Source of the DNA: Spirochaetaceae bacterium
GTDB lineage: Bacteria; Spirochaetota; Spirochaetia; DSM-27196; SLST01
Direction of reading: 5' to 3'
Length of the DNA stretch: 64,000 nucleotides
Assembly (NCBI GenBank): GCA_007118855.1
Contig: SKQU01000121.1
Span: forward strand, 1,748-65,747
Shown here: piece by piece, positions 39,311 through 48,582 of the stretch
Numbering within the stretch: the stretch's first letter is position 1
Layout of the letters: every line of letters begins with the position of its first letter
Program-made: the position numbers and the translations under genes
The notes under the pieces: model-generated
The model's database searches: none
Told to the model about the DNA's origin: nothing
The model's input: the letters and a program-made list of their open reading frames with translations, nothing else

Positions 39311-40258
39311 TCAGTTGGTGTACTGTCTGTAGATCCGTTCGTTGAGAGCGCGGAGCTTGAGCAGTACCTCGTCAACTTTTCCGGTATCGTCTCCGGTGGC
39401 TACGTAGTGATCGATCAACCAGAAATAGCGGTTGATGAGCCGGGGCTCGACCACCTCTCGCTGAGAGCGCCCTTCGCGCAACTCGCGCTCGAGGGCATAG
39501 ATGCTCTGCTTCAGCTTCCCGTATTCAATGGACCGGAGCTCGCGCTTCACGGTGAGCACCCCGAACAGGACACCGTAGACCGGCAACCATTCGAGCAGCT
39601 CGACCCCCTCCAGGCCTGTTTCGGCAACTTTGTCGATCAGCGCCCGGATCATCTGCGACTCCAGCACCTCTAAATGTACACGCTGCGGCTCAAGGAAGAA
39701 AGCCTCCCGGAAAAAAGCCTTCGCCGCGGCGACCTCGTTGATCAGTGCATACGCGTCGGCGAGCTCCGCGGTCACCTCTGCATCGTCAGGCCGCTCCGCC
39801 GCGGCCGCCTCCAGATAGCGCACCGCGCGATCGTAGGCGCCGAGTCCCTTATGGCATCGCCCGATGCGCAGGAGCAGTTCGGGGTCGGGCTGCTCGGATT
39901 CGGTCAGCAGGGTGCCGAATGAGGCGAGTGCCGACCCGAACACGAAGCGACGGACGGCCTGCAGGCAAGGCTCGCACGGATCACCAATCCGGCGCACAAA
40001 AGTGTCAAAGACCGGCCACTGATCGAGCAGATACTCGCCACGCTCGAAGGCGTGCCCGATGCCCGCGATCTGCCGTTCGCGCTCGCGCCAGAAATTGACG
40101 TACTTCATCGCCGTCAACACGTCCGGGCTGTCGAAGTCGACCGCAAGTGCCTCCTCCAACGTGCCGGCTGCGCCGTCCAGATCGTGATCTCGTATCGCAT
40201 CGTATGCCCCGACGAGCAGATGCTCGGTTCTCAGCTCATCCTTGTCTCTTGCGTGCAT
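39311..40258 (-). CDS. Hypothetical TPR-like helical-repeat protein, coupled to greA
   Basis: 315 aa, helical repeats (…RIGRCHKGLGAYDRAVRYLEAAAAERPDDAEVTAELADAYALI…). Its stop lies 13 nt before the greA start. Confidence 0.6.
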   Translation of the reverse strand: MHARDKDELRTEHLLVGAYDAIRDHDLDGAAGTLEEALAVDFDSPDVLTAMKYVNFWRERERQIAGIGHAFERGEYLLDQWPVFDTFVRRIGDPCEPCLQAVRRFVFGSALASFGTLLTESEQPDPELLLRIGRCHKGLGAYDRAVRYLEAAAAERPDDAEVTAELADAYALINEVAAAKAFFREAFFLEPQRVHLEVLESQMIRALIDKVAETGLEGVELLEWLPVYGVLFGVLTVKRELRSIEYGKLKQSIYALERELREGRSQREVVEPRLINRYFWLIDHYVATGDDTGKVDEVLLKLRALNERIYRQYTN

Positions 40259-40345
40259 ATCGTGCGCTTGGGATCATTATACGGATGAGGCTCCTTTCGT
40301 CAAACCGGCCCCCCGCCGACGAGTGCGTCGAGCGCCGCAGGGGCG

Positions 40346-40374
40346 TTGCACGCCGCTCATCCCTGTCGTATAGT
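40346..40374 (+). promoter_or_regulatory. Putative sigma70-type promoter TTGCAC-N17-TATAGT
   Basis: Read directly in the 196-nt divergent gap, about 80 nt upstream of the ATG at 40455 (which is preceded by AAAGGGGAG). Confidence 0.4.
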
Positions 40375-40454
40375 GCGCTATGGTCCCGCGACGGACTGAA
40401 GGAACTCAATCGTGCACAAGAGCGGTCGAGAATGAGAGAAAGGGGAGACCTGCC

Positions 40455-41456
40455 ATGAAGGCCAGACTGTTCACCTCCGCTCTGCTCTGCCTCGGATTCG
40501 TCGCGATCGGTGCTCAGAGCGTGCCCGCTCAGAGCACAGTGCCGCGCGAGCTCGCCGATGGGCTCGCTGCGTTCGAGGCGGGGGCGTTTGCCGAGGCGCT
40601 CGAACACTTCGAATCGGCGCGCGCGCGCGACGACATTGCGCCGTGGCGGGGACATGTGCTGTTCTGGAGCGCGCGAACCGCGATGGTGCTCGGCGGCTAC
40701 GACGACGCGGCCGACACGCTCGACCTGTTCTTCGCCGAGTACCCGCGGCACCCGTACCTCGAAGAGGCTCGCTACCAGCGCGCACGGATCTTCTTCATGC
40801 AGGAGCACTACGAGGCGGCCGTCAGACGGTTCGCGGAGTTCCTCGAGGCGTACCCGGACAGCGACTTCTCCGCGAACGGGCTGTACTGGACCGGCGAAGC
40901 CCTCTTCGCGCTGGGACGGCTCGACGAGGCCGAGCGGCTGTTCGCCGAAGTTGCCGATCGCCATCCGGCCAGTTTCAGGGTCGAAGCCGCCCGGTACCGG
41001 CTCGACATCATAGAATATGCCCGGCGCGAGCGCGAGCTGCTCACGCTCCTGCAGTGGAGCCATGAAGAGTATCTCACCGCGCTCGATGGATTCCGCGCGA
41101 CCGAGACGCGATACCAGGAGGCATTGCGCTCGTACCGGGAGCGACTCGCACGGCTGGCCGCCGATGATTTCCGCGACGAGCTGGAGCAGCTGCATGCCCG
41201 CATTGCGGAGCTCGAAGAGGCGGTGCGTGAGCGCGACCGGCGGATCAACGATCTGCTCGCCGAGCTGCGCCACTCCCGGGCTCCATCCGGGCACGAGGCC
41301 GAGCGCACGGGGATCAACGACAGCGGCCCGCCTGCCGCGGCGGCAGCGGGGCCGCAGGCCTCCGACCTGGAGCTGCGCGAGGCGCTGTTGTCGCTCAAGG
41401 CCCGGGCGCTCGAGCTGCAGGACGTGCTGCTTCAGGAGCAGGGGAACGGCGAATGA
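40455..41456 (+). CDS. Secreted TPR protein with C-terminal coiled coil (YbgF/CpoB-like TPR region)
   Basis: Signal peptide MKARLFTSALLCLGFVAIGAQS. TPR units (…YPRHPYLEEARYQRARIFFMQEHYEAAVRRFAEFLEAYPDSDFSANGLYWTGEALFALGRLDEAERLF…). Then heptad-like E/R/L-rich sequence. Confidence 0.65.
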   Translation: MKARLFTSALLCLGFVAIGAQSVPAQSTVPRELADGLAAFEAGAFAEALEHFESARARDDIAPWRGHVLFWSARTAMVLGGYDDAADTLDLFFAEYPRHPYLEEARYQRARIFFMQEHYEAAVRRFAEFLEAYPDSDFSANGLYWTGEALFALGRLDEAERLFAEVADRHPASFRVEAARYRLDIIEYARRERELLTLLQWSHEEYLTALDGFRATETRYQEALRSYRERLARLAADDFRDELEQLHARIAELEEAVRERDRRINDLLAELRHSRAPSGHEAERTGINDSGPPAAAAAGPQASDLELREALLSLKARALELQDVLLQEQGNGE

Positions 41457-42427
41457 GGCGGGCCGCACTGGGCTGTATCATGCTGCTCGTGGCCTTGGGA
41501 GCGAGCGCGATCGAGGTCAGCCGGGGAGACATACGGCTGCGGCTCCATGAGAGCTCCGCACGCTTCTCGGTTGATCTGCGGGTGGGTGGCGAGTGGAAGG
41601 CCCTGCTGTACCCGGAGGATCCGCGCACCTCGGCTCTGGACGTGCGCGAGGACAACCGCGTTCACCGGATGGGAGACAGCGGGCGTTTCCGGCAGTTCGT
41701 CCTGCAGACCGAGGAGGAGGTCGGGTTCATCTGGACCAGCGGGTCGCTGCGTGTCGAGCAGCTGTTCCGGTTCACGCGCGCGCCGGCCTCCGACCGTGCG
41801 GACGCGCTTCAGATGACCATCACCGTCACGAATACCGGCGAGCAGCCGCTTGAGACAGCGGTTCGTCTGCTGCTCGATACCTACCTCGGTGAGCGATCGA
41901 ACGTGCACTTCGTTACGCCTTCCGCGTCGGGGTTCACCCGTGAAGCGCGACTCGATCCCGGCCCGGCTGTGCCGTACGTCGCGAGCGTTCCTGACGCCGA
42001 GTCCGACTACGGGCTTCAGGTCATGCTGTACGGCGAGGGAGTGACCCGCGCCGAGGCGGCGGTGCTCGCGAACTGGAGGCGACTGTTCAACTCCTCCTGG
42101 CAGTATGATGCGAACGACGGGCGCAACTACAACCGGCTGCCGTACTCGATCAACGATTCGGCGATGCTCGTGCTCTACGGCGGACAACGGATACCCCCGG
42201 GAGCGCAGTACTCGGTAGTGACCTACCTGGGGAACCTCTCCGTGCGCGGATACCTGCCCCCCGGGGCGGCCGCCGTCGTGCAGGAGGACGACCGGCTGCT
42301 CGACCGGCTGGCCCGAGTCATTCTGCGGATCAACGCGCTGCTCGACGACCCTGACGTCGATCCGGCCGAGGTGGACCGGCTGCAGGCGGAGCTCGACGAG
42401 CTTTCAAGTCTCGTTCGCGGAAGGTAA
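41453..42427 (+). CDS. Hypothetical secreted protein
   Basis: Signal peptide (MRRAALGCIMLLVALGASA), 324 aa, ATGA overlap with the upstream gene. I recognise no family. Confidence 0.6.
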   Translation: MRRAALGCIMLLVALGASAIEVSRGDIRLRLHESSARFSVDLRVGGEWKALLYPEDPRTSALDVREDNRVHRMGDSGRFRQFVLQTEEEVGFIWTSGSLRVEQLFRFTRAPASDRADALQMTITVTNTGEQPLETAVRLLLDTYLGERSNVHFVTPSASGFTREARLDPGPAVPYVASVPDAESDYGLQVMLYGEGVTRAEAAVLANWRRLFNSSWQYDANDGRNYNRLPYSINDSAMLVLYGGQRIPPGAQYSVVTYLGNLSVRGYLPPGAAAVVQEDDRLLDRLARVILRINALLDDPDVDPAEVDRLQAELDELSSLVRGR

Positions 42428-42429
42428 CC

Positions 42430-43521
42430 GTGCGGGGATCAAAGACGCTGAGCCGTGCCGACCGGCTGCTGCGTTCCCGGAAGTACTCCCAGGTGATCTC
42501 GCTGCTCGAGTCCCAGGTATTCCTCTACCGGGACAACTTCACCTTCTACCGCCTGCTCGGTACCGCCTGCCTTCACGTCGGAGACTTCGGCGGTGCGTAC
42601 TCGTACCTGCAGCGGGCACACCAGATCAAGCGCGACGATACGCGCATCGAGCTCGGACTCGCGGCCGTGCACCTGCGCCGCCGCGAGATACCGCAGGCGC
42701 TCGCGATGTGGCTCGCGGTGCTCGATCGCGATCCGAAGAACGCCGTAGCCAGGCGGGGGCTCGCGCTCGTTCGTCGCACCGAAGACACCGCGGAGTTCGT
42801 CACGATGGCCGAGTCGGGTCGGCTCAGACGCTTCTTTCCGCCGGTCGGCTACGCGCTGCCCGGCTGGACGCCCGTCGCCGCGGGCGTGGTCGCGCTCGTC
42901 ATCGTGGGGACCCTCTTCCTGCCCGGGGTGGTACGGGATCTGTTCGAGGCGGAGCGCCCACGGCGCGAAGGGCTCGAGCCGATCTCCTCTTCCGCGCTTC
43001 CGGATGAGCTCACCGGGGAAGCCGAAGGTGTTCGTTACGAGCTCAGCGACCAGGAAGTCGCGCAACTCGTCGCTCGTGTGGGAGAGCTGTTCAACGACTT
43101 CCGGGACAACCTCGCTCGCCGCGAGGCGAACAGGATTCTCCAGTCCAACGCCAGCCCGCTCGTCAAGGAACGGATACGCCTGGTCGCCGGGTACTTCCGC
43201 GAACCCACCTTCGTCGATTTCCGCGACAACTTCACCTACGCGCAGGTCGCCTCGGAGCCGTGGTTGTACGAAGGGGTCTACGTGAGGTGGAGCGGCCAGA
43301 CGAGCAATATTCGCGTGGGGGAGGAGGCGATTACCTTCACACTGCTGGTGGGTTACGAGACCGAGCGGGTGCTCGAAGGCACCGTCCCGGTCACGGTGCC
43401 CTTTGCCGCCGACGTCGAGCCGGGTGCGGTGGAGCTGATCGGTCGAGTCTCCTACCGCGACCGGGAGATCGCCCTGACGGCTACCGGCATCCGCAAGATC
43501 GTCGCGAGGTCCGGTCGCTGA
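42430..43521 (+). CDS. TPR-containing single-pass membrane protein
   Basis: N-terminal TPR units (…LGTACLHVGDFGGAYSYLQRAHQIKRDD…, …ALAMWLAVLDRDPKNAVARRGLALV…), one TM helix (WTPVAAGVVALVIVGTLFLPGVV), and an about 190-aa C-terminal domain. GTG start 2 nt after the upstream stop. Confidence 0.6.
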   Translation: MRGSKTLSRADRLLRSRKYSQVISLLESQVFLYRDNFTFYRLLGTACLHVGDFGGAYSYLQRAHQIKRDDTRIELGLAAVHLRRREIPQALAMWLAVLDRDPKNAVARRGLALVRRTEDTAEFVTMAESGRLRRFFPPVGYALPGWTPVAAGVVALVIVGTLFLPGVVRDLFEAERPRREGLEPISSSALPDELTGEAEGVRYELSDQEVAQLVARVGELFNDFRDNLARREANRILQSNASPLVKERIRLVAGYFREPTFVDFRDNFTYAQVASEPWLYEGVYVRWSGQTSNIRVGEEAITFTLLVGYETERVLEGTVPVTVPFAADVEPGAVELIGRVSYRDREIALTATGIRKIVARSGR

Positions 43522-43988
43522 TGCGCGCGGTCATCCAGCGGGTGCGAGACGCGTCGGTGAGCGCGGCGGGGCGGGTGGTCGGCTCGATCGACCGGGGACT
43601 GCTGGTCTACGTCGGCGTGCAGGACGGTGACGGTGAGCGTGACGTCGCGTACATCGGGTCGAAGTGCGCGGGCGCCCGGGTCTTCCCGGACGCCGAGGGC
43701 AGGATGAACCTTGCTCTCGCCGATCTCTGCGGGCCGCAGACCGAGAGGCGCGGGATTCTGGCTGTCAGCCAGTTCACCCTCCACGGAGACATGCGACGAG
43801 GACGTAGACCGAGCTATGGCGCCGCCGCGGCGCCGGATGCCGCAGAGAGCCTCTACGAGGCGCTGACAGGGTGGTGGCGAGCCGGGGGATACCTTGTCGA
43901 GACCGGCGTCTTCGGCGCCCACATGGAGGTAGCGGCCACCAACGACGGACCGGTGACCCTGCTCGTCGACTCGCGGAAGCTCTTCTGA
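43521..43988 (+). CDS. dtd: D-aminoacyl-tRNA deacylase
   Basis: MRAVIQRV…, SQFTLHGD, GRRPSY and NDGPVTL motifs. The ATG overlaps the upstream TGA. Confidence 0.92.
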   Translation: MRAVIQRVRDASVSAAGRVVGSIDRGLLVYVGVQDGDGERDVAYIGSKCAGARVFPDAEGRMNLALADLCGPQTERRGILAVSQFTLHGDMRRGRRPSYGAAAAPDAAESLYEALTGWWRAGGYLVETGVFGAHMEVAATNDGPVTLLVDSRKLF

Positions 43989-44015
43989 AGCCGGACGGAG
44001 GTCTGTGCGCGCAGC

Positions 44016-45119
44016 TCACAGGAAGAGCTTCATGCTCGACAGATACTCCCACGCATTGAACGGCTCGAAGAAGGGCGTGAGGCTGCCTTCCTCGTGCATC
44101 CGCATGATCACCTCCGCGCTCTGACGGGCGGAGGACACGACGTGCAGGAACGGCATCTCCTCCTTCATCGTCTCGGGGCACGGAATCGTGTCGACGACGA
44201 CCACATGGTCGAGGAGCCCCTCCTCGTGCAGCCTGGTGAGCCTGCTCACCGCAGGAGGAGAGAAGACCGGATGCACGGCCGCGATGTTGATCTTCGCAAC
44301 CTTGCGCTCGCGCAGCTCCCGCACGAGAGTGTAGACCGATCCGGCGGTGTCGATCATGTCGTCGACGATCCAGATCTCCTTCCCGGTGATGTCGGTGGAC
44401 GTGAGGATGTTGATCGACGCCACGGTATTCGTGTGCGCGTAGTCGCGCTGTTTGTGGGCAATGACGAGCTGCGAACCGAACGCCTGCGCAAAGCGCTTCG
44501 CCACGCTCTCTCCGCCGGCATCCACGGAGCAGAAGAGCCAGTTCTCGCGGACCTCGTCCTCCAGCCGGTCGGTCGTCTTGATAAAGGTGTCGGTGATGTA
44601 TTCCTTGATAAGGACGATCGCCGGTACGTCGTCGATGGAGCAGATGGTCGGGTCGACTACGGTACGCGACTTGTCCGAGTGCAAGTTGTAGGTCACGATG
44701 TGATCGACGCCGAGACTCACGAGCGTCTTGTAGTGCACCCAGAAGCCGACGGAGTTGCGTCTCGTGGTTCGATCGGAGCGAGACGAGGAACAGTACGGCT
44801 CGAACAGGGTGATCCTGCCGGCCGCGGACCTGCGCAGGGCGTCGACCGTGTGGTAGAGCTCCTGCTTGTTCTCTTCGACGCTGAGTCCCAGAGTGTTGCG
44901 GCCTGCGTTCGCGAAGATGTAGACATCCTTTCCGCGAAGGCTCGTGCCGACCTCGACCTCCATCTCGCCGTCGGCAAACTTGACCGTGCTCAGCCGTCCG
45001 ACGAAATCCTTCGACTGGTTGGCCGCGTGGAACTCGGGAAAGGTCTCGACGTGGTAGGCGACCCGCTCGGTGTATTCCTTCATCGAGCGGGTCGAGAGTA
45101 TCAAGAGATCGCCTCTCAT
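44016..45119 (-). CDS. prs: Ribose-phosphate pyrophosphokinase (long form)
   Basis: PRPP-binding loop IWIVDDMIDTAGS, YNLHSDK region, 367 aa from MRGDLLILS. The track ORF extends to 45284 through a repeat and was trimmed. Confidence 0.85.
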   Translation of the reverse strand: MRGDLLILSTRSMKEYTERVAYHVETFPEFHAANQSKDFVGRLSTVKFADGEMEVEVGTSLRGKDVYIFANAGRNTLGLSVEENKQELYHTVDALRRSAAGRITLFEPYCSSSRSDRTTRRNSVGFWVHYKTLVSLGVDHIVTYNLHSDKSRTVVDPTICSIDDVPAIVLIKEYITDTFIKTTDRLEDEVRENWLFCSVDAGGESVAKRFAQAFGSQLVIAHKQRDYAHTNTVASINILTSTDITGKEIWIVDDMIDTAGSVYTLVRELRERKVAKINIAAVHPVFSPPAVSRLTRLHEEGLLDHVVVVDTIPCPETMKEEMPFLHVVSSARQSAEVIMRMHEEGSLTPFFEPFNAWEYLSSMKLFL

Positions 45120-45150
45120 ACCGGCAGTGTATCCGCGCCCTCCGGGTGCG

Positions 45151-45936
45151 TCAATTTGTCCCCGGCTCCTCTCTCCCGGGCTCCTCTCTCCCGGGCTCCT
45201 CAAGCCGGACAGCCTCCGCCTCGGTGCTCCCGGGAGGAGTCCGGCTCGCCGCGAGGAGTTCCCGGGTCGCCCTGCCGAGCACACGAACCGTCGTGCGGTC
45301 GCGACTCAACCGCGTTATCGAGCGCAGCTGTTCGGCGAGGACCGTCGCACGCGAGTACTCGTCGCTCGACAGCTCCCCGCCGAGAACGACGACAGCCGCG
45401 GCCAGCGCCTGCGCCGGGGCTTCGTACCCGGAGCCTGCCGGCGAGGCCGCCTCCAGAGCCGTGAGGAGGCGGTGGGCCAAACTGGTGAGCAGCGCCGCCG
45501 ACCGGCGAGGCGATTCACCGACGACGCCGTGATCGACCGCCCGTTCGACGATCTCGGAGAGAACCGTCCAGTCCTCCACCTCATCCATGCGCTCGAAAAG
45601 CAGCTTCGCGAGCGCCCGTGCCCGGACGGGTTCCTGATTCCGCTCATGTCCGACGATCGCGAGCACGACCGCCTCGCGCTGCCCGACGGTGAACCCGACG
45701 GCTGCGCCGCGCGCGTCTGCGAGCAGAACGACCAACGCCTCGGAGGGCTCGCGGCCGAGCACGGTGCCCGTCGTGCGCGCCTCGGCGTAGACGTCGCTGA
45801 ACCCCTGTGATCGCATGAAGCGGGCCAGCACCTCTCCCATCGCGACCGCAGAGCGGCCGCCGAGCACCACCGCGAGCACGACCGCGAGCACGAGGCAGAG
45901 CAGCGGCGAAGGGCGATGATCGTGCATGAAGCCCAT
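45151..45936 (-). CDS. Hypothetical membrane-anchored/secreted protein
   Basis: N-terminal hydrophobic segment (PLLCLVLAVVLAVVLGG), A/L/V/E-rich helical body, C-terminus EEPGREEPGREEPGTN encoded by a tandem repeat. The alternative frames are R-rich junk. Confidence 0.5.
   Translation of the reverse strand: MGFMHDHRPSPLLCLVLAVVLAVVLGGRSAVAMGEVLARFMRSQGFSDVYAEARTTGTVLGREPSEALVVLLADARGAAVGFTVGQREAVVLAIVGHERNQEPVRARALAKLLFERMDEVEDWTVLSEIVERAVDHGVVGESPRRSAALLTSLAHRLLTALEAASPAGSGYEAPAQALAAAVVVLGGELSSDEYSRATVLAEQLRSITRLSRDRTTVRVLGRATRELLAASRTPPGSTEAEAVRLEEPGREEPGREEPGTN
45160..45202. repeat. 15-bp tandem repeat, about 3 copies (CCCGGGCTCCTCTCT-like)
   Basis: Read directly: cccggctcctctct cccgggctcctctct cccgggctcctc. 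Lies at the 3' end of the 45151-45936 ORF, 41 nt upstream of the prs start. Confidence 0.8.
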
Positions 45937-45954
45937 GGGATGATTATCGGCCTG

Positions 45955-45984
45955 TTGACCGGAGGAATTGGGCCCGGATATTAT
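45955..45984 (+). promoter_or_regulatory. Putative sigma70-type promoter TTGACC-N18-TATTAT upstream of recA
   Basis: Read directly in the gap before recA. ATTATCGG occurs twice (about 45942 and about 45980). Confidence 0.4.
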
Positions 45985-46052
45985 CGGACCAAGTGAAGCA
46001 CCGTCGCGATTCCGGCCGTTAGAGAGTTATGACGATGCACAGTGGAGGGGAT

Positions 46053-47213
46053 ATGGCGAAGAAGGCGACCACCGGCGCGCCGCAGAACGCGACCGGAGAG
46101 GAAAAACAGAAGGCGATCGAGGCGGCGCGGCTGCAGATCGAGAAGCAGTTCGGGCAGGGGTCGCTGATGAAGCTCGGCTCCCGGACGAACCATGCCGGTA
46201 TCGAGACGATTCCCTCCGGGTCGATCCTGCTCGACGAGGCGCTTGGACTCGGGGGATACCCGAAGGGGCGGGTCGTCGAGATCTACGGGCCGGAGGCGAG
46301 CGGCAAGACGACGCTGGCGCTGCACGCGATTGCCGAGGCCCAGAAGCAGGGCGGGATCGCGGCCTTCATCGACGCCGAGCACGCGCTCGATCCGGTCTAC
46401 GCGCGGAACCTCGGCGTCAACATCGACGAGCTGTGGGTCTCGCAGCCGGATACCGGCGAACAGGCACTCGAGATCGCCGAGTCGCTCGTACGCTCCGGAG
46501 CGGTCGACATGATCGTGGTGGACTCGGTCGCCGCGCTCACGCCGCAGGCTGAGATCGACGGCGACATGGGCGACAGCCACGTGGGGCTCCAGGCGCGGTT
46601 GATGAGCCAGGCGCTTCGCAAGCTCACCGGCACGTTATCCAAGAGCGGGGCGTGTCTCGTGTTCATCAACCAGATCCGGATGAAGATCGGGGTGATGTTC
46701 GGCAATCCCGAGACCACGACGGGCGGCAAGGCGCTCAAGTTCTACTCGTCGGTGCGCCTCGAGGTGCGGCGGATCGAGACCATCACGCAAGGGACGGACA
46801 ACGCGATCGGGAACAAGGTTCGCGTGAAGGTCGTGAAGAACAAGGTGGCGCCGCCGTTCCGGAAGGTCGAGATGGAGATCATGTTCGGAAAGGGCATCTC
46901 GGCCTCCGGGAGCCTGCTCGATGCGGCGTTGAAGTACGAGCTCGTGCAGAAGAGCGGCAGCTGGTACTCCTACGGCGAAGAACGGATCGGACAGGGCCGC
47001 GAAAACGCAAAGCAATTCATCGAGACCAACGAGGATGTGGCGCGCACCCTCGAAGCCCGGCTTCGGGAGAAGATGTTCGCCCACCTGAAACCGGAGTCCG
47101 GTCCCGCCGTGGAAACCGTGACGGAGACCGCGGCTGCCGCCGTTCGAGAGGAAGCGGCGGAAGAGGCCCCCGCGAAGGTGGAGGCCGCACCGGAATCGGA
47201 CGAGCTGTTCTAG
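46053..47213 (+). CDS. recA: Recombinase RecA
   Basis: [16 protein letters not shown] Walker [11 protein letters not shown]2 loop region. ATG at 46053 follows GGAGGGG. Confidence 0.97.
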   Translation: MAKKATTGAPQNATGEEKQKAIEAARLQIEKQFGQGSLMKLGSRTNHAGIETIPSGSILLDEALGLGGYPKGRVVEIYGPEASGKTTLALHAIAEAQKQGGIAAFIDAEHALDPVYARNLGVNIDELWVSQPDTGEQALEIAESLVRSGAVDMIVVDSVAALTPQAEIDGDMGDSHVGLQARLMSQALRKLTGTLSKSGACLVFINQIRMKIGVMFGNPETTTGGKALKFYSSVRLEVRRIETITQGTDNAIGNKVRVKVVKNKVAPPFRKVEMEIMFGKGISASGSLLDAALKYELVQKSGSWYSYGEERIGQGRENAKQFIETNEDVARTLEARLREKMFAHLKPESGPAVETVTETAAAAVREEAAEEAPAKVEAAPESDELF

Positions 47214-47221
47214 CCCGGGCC

Positions 47222-47250
47222 TTTACCCGCTCCCGGCCGGTGGGTATACT
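47222..47250 (+). promoter_or_regulatory. Candidate promoter TTTACC-N17-TATACT between recA and scpA
   Basis: Read directly in the 47-nt gap. Confidence 0.3.
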
Positions 47251-47260
47251 CGAGTGAACC

Positions 47261-48043
47261 TTGAGCGACGCACCCTCCGAACACGCGACAGGCAGGCATC
47301 TCGTGCGACTCGAACAGTTCGAGGGGCCCCTTGATCTGCTGCTGTTTCTCATCCGGCGCTCGGAGATCAACATCTACGATATCCCGATCCACGAGATCAC
47401 CGAGCAGTATCTGCAGGCCCTCGAGTACGCCACCCGGGTCGATCTGGAGAACATCACCGAGTTCCACAGCCTCGCCGCGACGCTCCTGCTGATCAAGAGC
47501 CGGATGCTCCTGCCGTCGCAGTACGATGACGATGATCTCGAGGATCCGCGGCAGGAGCTCGTGGAACGTCTGATCGACTACCAGAAGTTCAGGCGGCTGA
47601 CCGCGCTCATGTCAGAGCAGGAGAGGTCGGCAGAGTGGGTGATCGAGCCGCGCCGGAAGCAGCGGTCGTTCGAGTTCTTCAACGACGAGGAGCTGTGGCA
47701 GCAGCTCGACATCTGGGACCTGCTGCAGACCTTCTCCGGGGTGATGTCGAGGCTGAGCCCCGAACGCATCATCGACCTCTACGAAGAGGTTTCGATCAAC
47801 GAGAAGCTGAGTCTGATCCACGAGCTGCTCGAGGATCGGGGCGAGTTCCTCTTCGAAGACATCGTGGTCAGGCCCGACTCGGTCATGGACGTCGTCTGTG
47901 CCTTTCTCGCGCTGCTCGAGGCGGCCAAGTCGCTTCGAATCGGCATCTACCAGAACCGCCTCTTCGGCGATATTCGCATCCGACGACGCCCGCAAGCGGC
48001 GCGCGCCACCAACGGGAACGCCCCGGACGGAGGCGAGCCGTGA
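47261..48043 (+). CDS. scpA: Segregation and condensation protein A
   Basis: FEGPLDLLLFLI kleisin N-terminal motif. The start may instead be the GTG at 47303 (VRLEQFEGPLDLL). Confidence 0.85.
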   Translation: MSDAPSEHATGRHLVRLEQFEGPLDLLLFLIRRSEINIYDIPIHEITEQYLQALEYATRVDLENITEFHSLAATLLLIKSRMLLPSQYDDDDLEDPRQELVERLIDYQKFRRLTALMSEQERSAEWVIEPRRKQRSFEFFNDEELWQQLDIWDLLQTFSGVMSRLSPERIIDLYEEVSINEKLSLIHELLEDRGEFLFEDIVVRPDSVMDVVCAFLALLEAAKSLRIGIYQNRLFGDIRIRRRPQAARATNGNAPDGGEP

Positions 48044-48582
48044 AGCTCGAGACCGAGGCCGCGCTGATCGAGGCGATCCTCTTCCTGGAAGCCGAGCCCG
48101 TGGATCTCGCATCGCTCCAGCGTATCAGCGGCCTGTCGCGCGACGTCGTGCTCGGTGCGCTCGCGGGCCTGCGCGAGGTGCTCAGCTCTCAGGTACACGG
48201 ACTCGAGCTGGTGGAGATCGCCGACGGGTACAGCCTCGCTCCCAAGCAGTCGATCGCGCCGGCTCTTCGCGAGCGCTACGGCAAGCGCAACGATGCGCGA
48301 CTCTCTCGCGCCGCGATGGAGACGCTTTCCATCGTCGCCTATTCGCAGCCCATTACGAGGGCGGAGATCGAGAGCCTGCGCGGCGTCAACGCCGACGGAA
48401 TGATGCGGTTGCTGCTGAGCCGGAATCTGATTCGGGAAGTGGGACGAAAGGACGCTCCGGGCAAGCCCGTGCAGTACGGGACGACGAAGGAGTTCCTGAA
48501 GCTCTTCAGGCTCTCGACGATCGCCGATCTTCCCAGGCTCGACGAGGCCGATCGCAAGAGGTTTGAGCTTGACGACGCGTGA
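48040..48582 (+). CDS. scpB: Segregation and condensation protein B
   Basis: EAILFLEAEPV…, winged-helix pair, …GRKDAPGKPVQYGTTKEFL. GTGA overlap with the scpA stop. Confidence 0.85.
   Translation: MKLETEAALIEAILFLEAEPVDLASLQRISGLSRDVVLGALAGLREVLSSQVHGLELVEIADGYSLAPKQSIAPALRERYGKRNDARLSRAAMETLSIVAYSQPITRAEIESLRGVNADGMMRLLLSRNLIREVGRKDAPGKPVQYGTTKEFLKLFRLSTIADLPRLDEADRKRFELDDA

Noticed and set aside
36493-39345. 950-codon stop-free ORF on the plus strand covering the whole greA-fusion gene
   Set aside because: It is in exact codon register with the minus-strand gene (36592-36493 = 99, so codon position 1 faces position 3). In that register an antisense stop requires a sense TTA, CTA or TCA codon, and all three are avoided under strong GC3 bias. 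The product is L/V/D/E/R-rich mirror sequence with no motifs, while the minus-strand product carries a full GreA module. This is a compositional artefact.
40401-40416. Sigma54-like element GGAACTCAATCGTGCA upstream of the 40455 operon
   Set aside because: The GG to GC spacing is one nt too long versus TGGCAC-N5-TTGC, and the -24 box is poor. A good sigma70-type promoter lies 30 nt upstream.
44016-45284. N-terminal extensions offered by the ORF track (prs to 45284, nusA from 20391, dtd from 43260, rodA to 60356, recA from 46029, lptG from 31188, scpB from 47635)
   Set aside because: The extensions run through neighbouring genes or repeats and lack homology. Internal starts give family-typical N-termini, usually with an SD sequence or a start/stop overlap.
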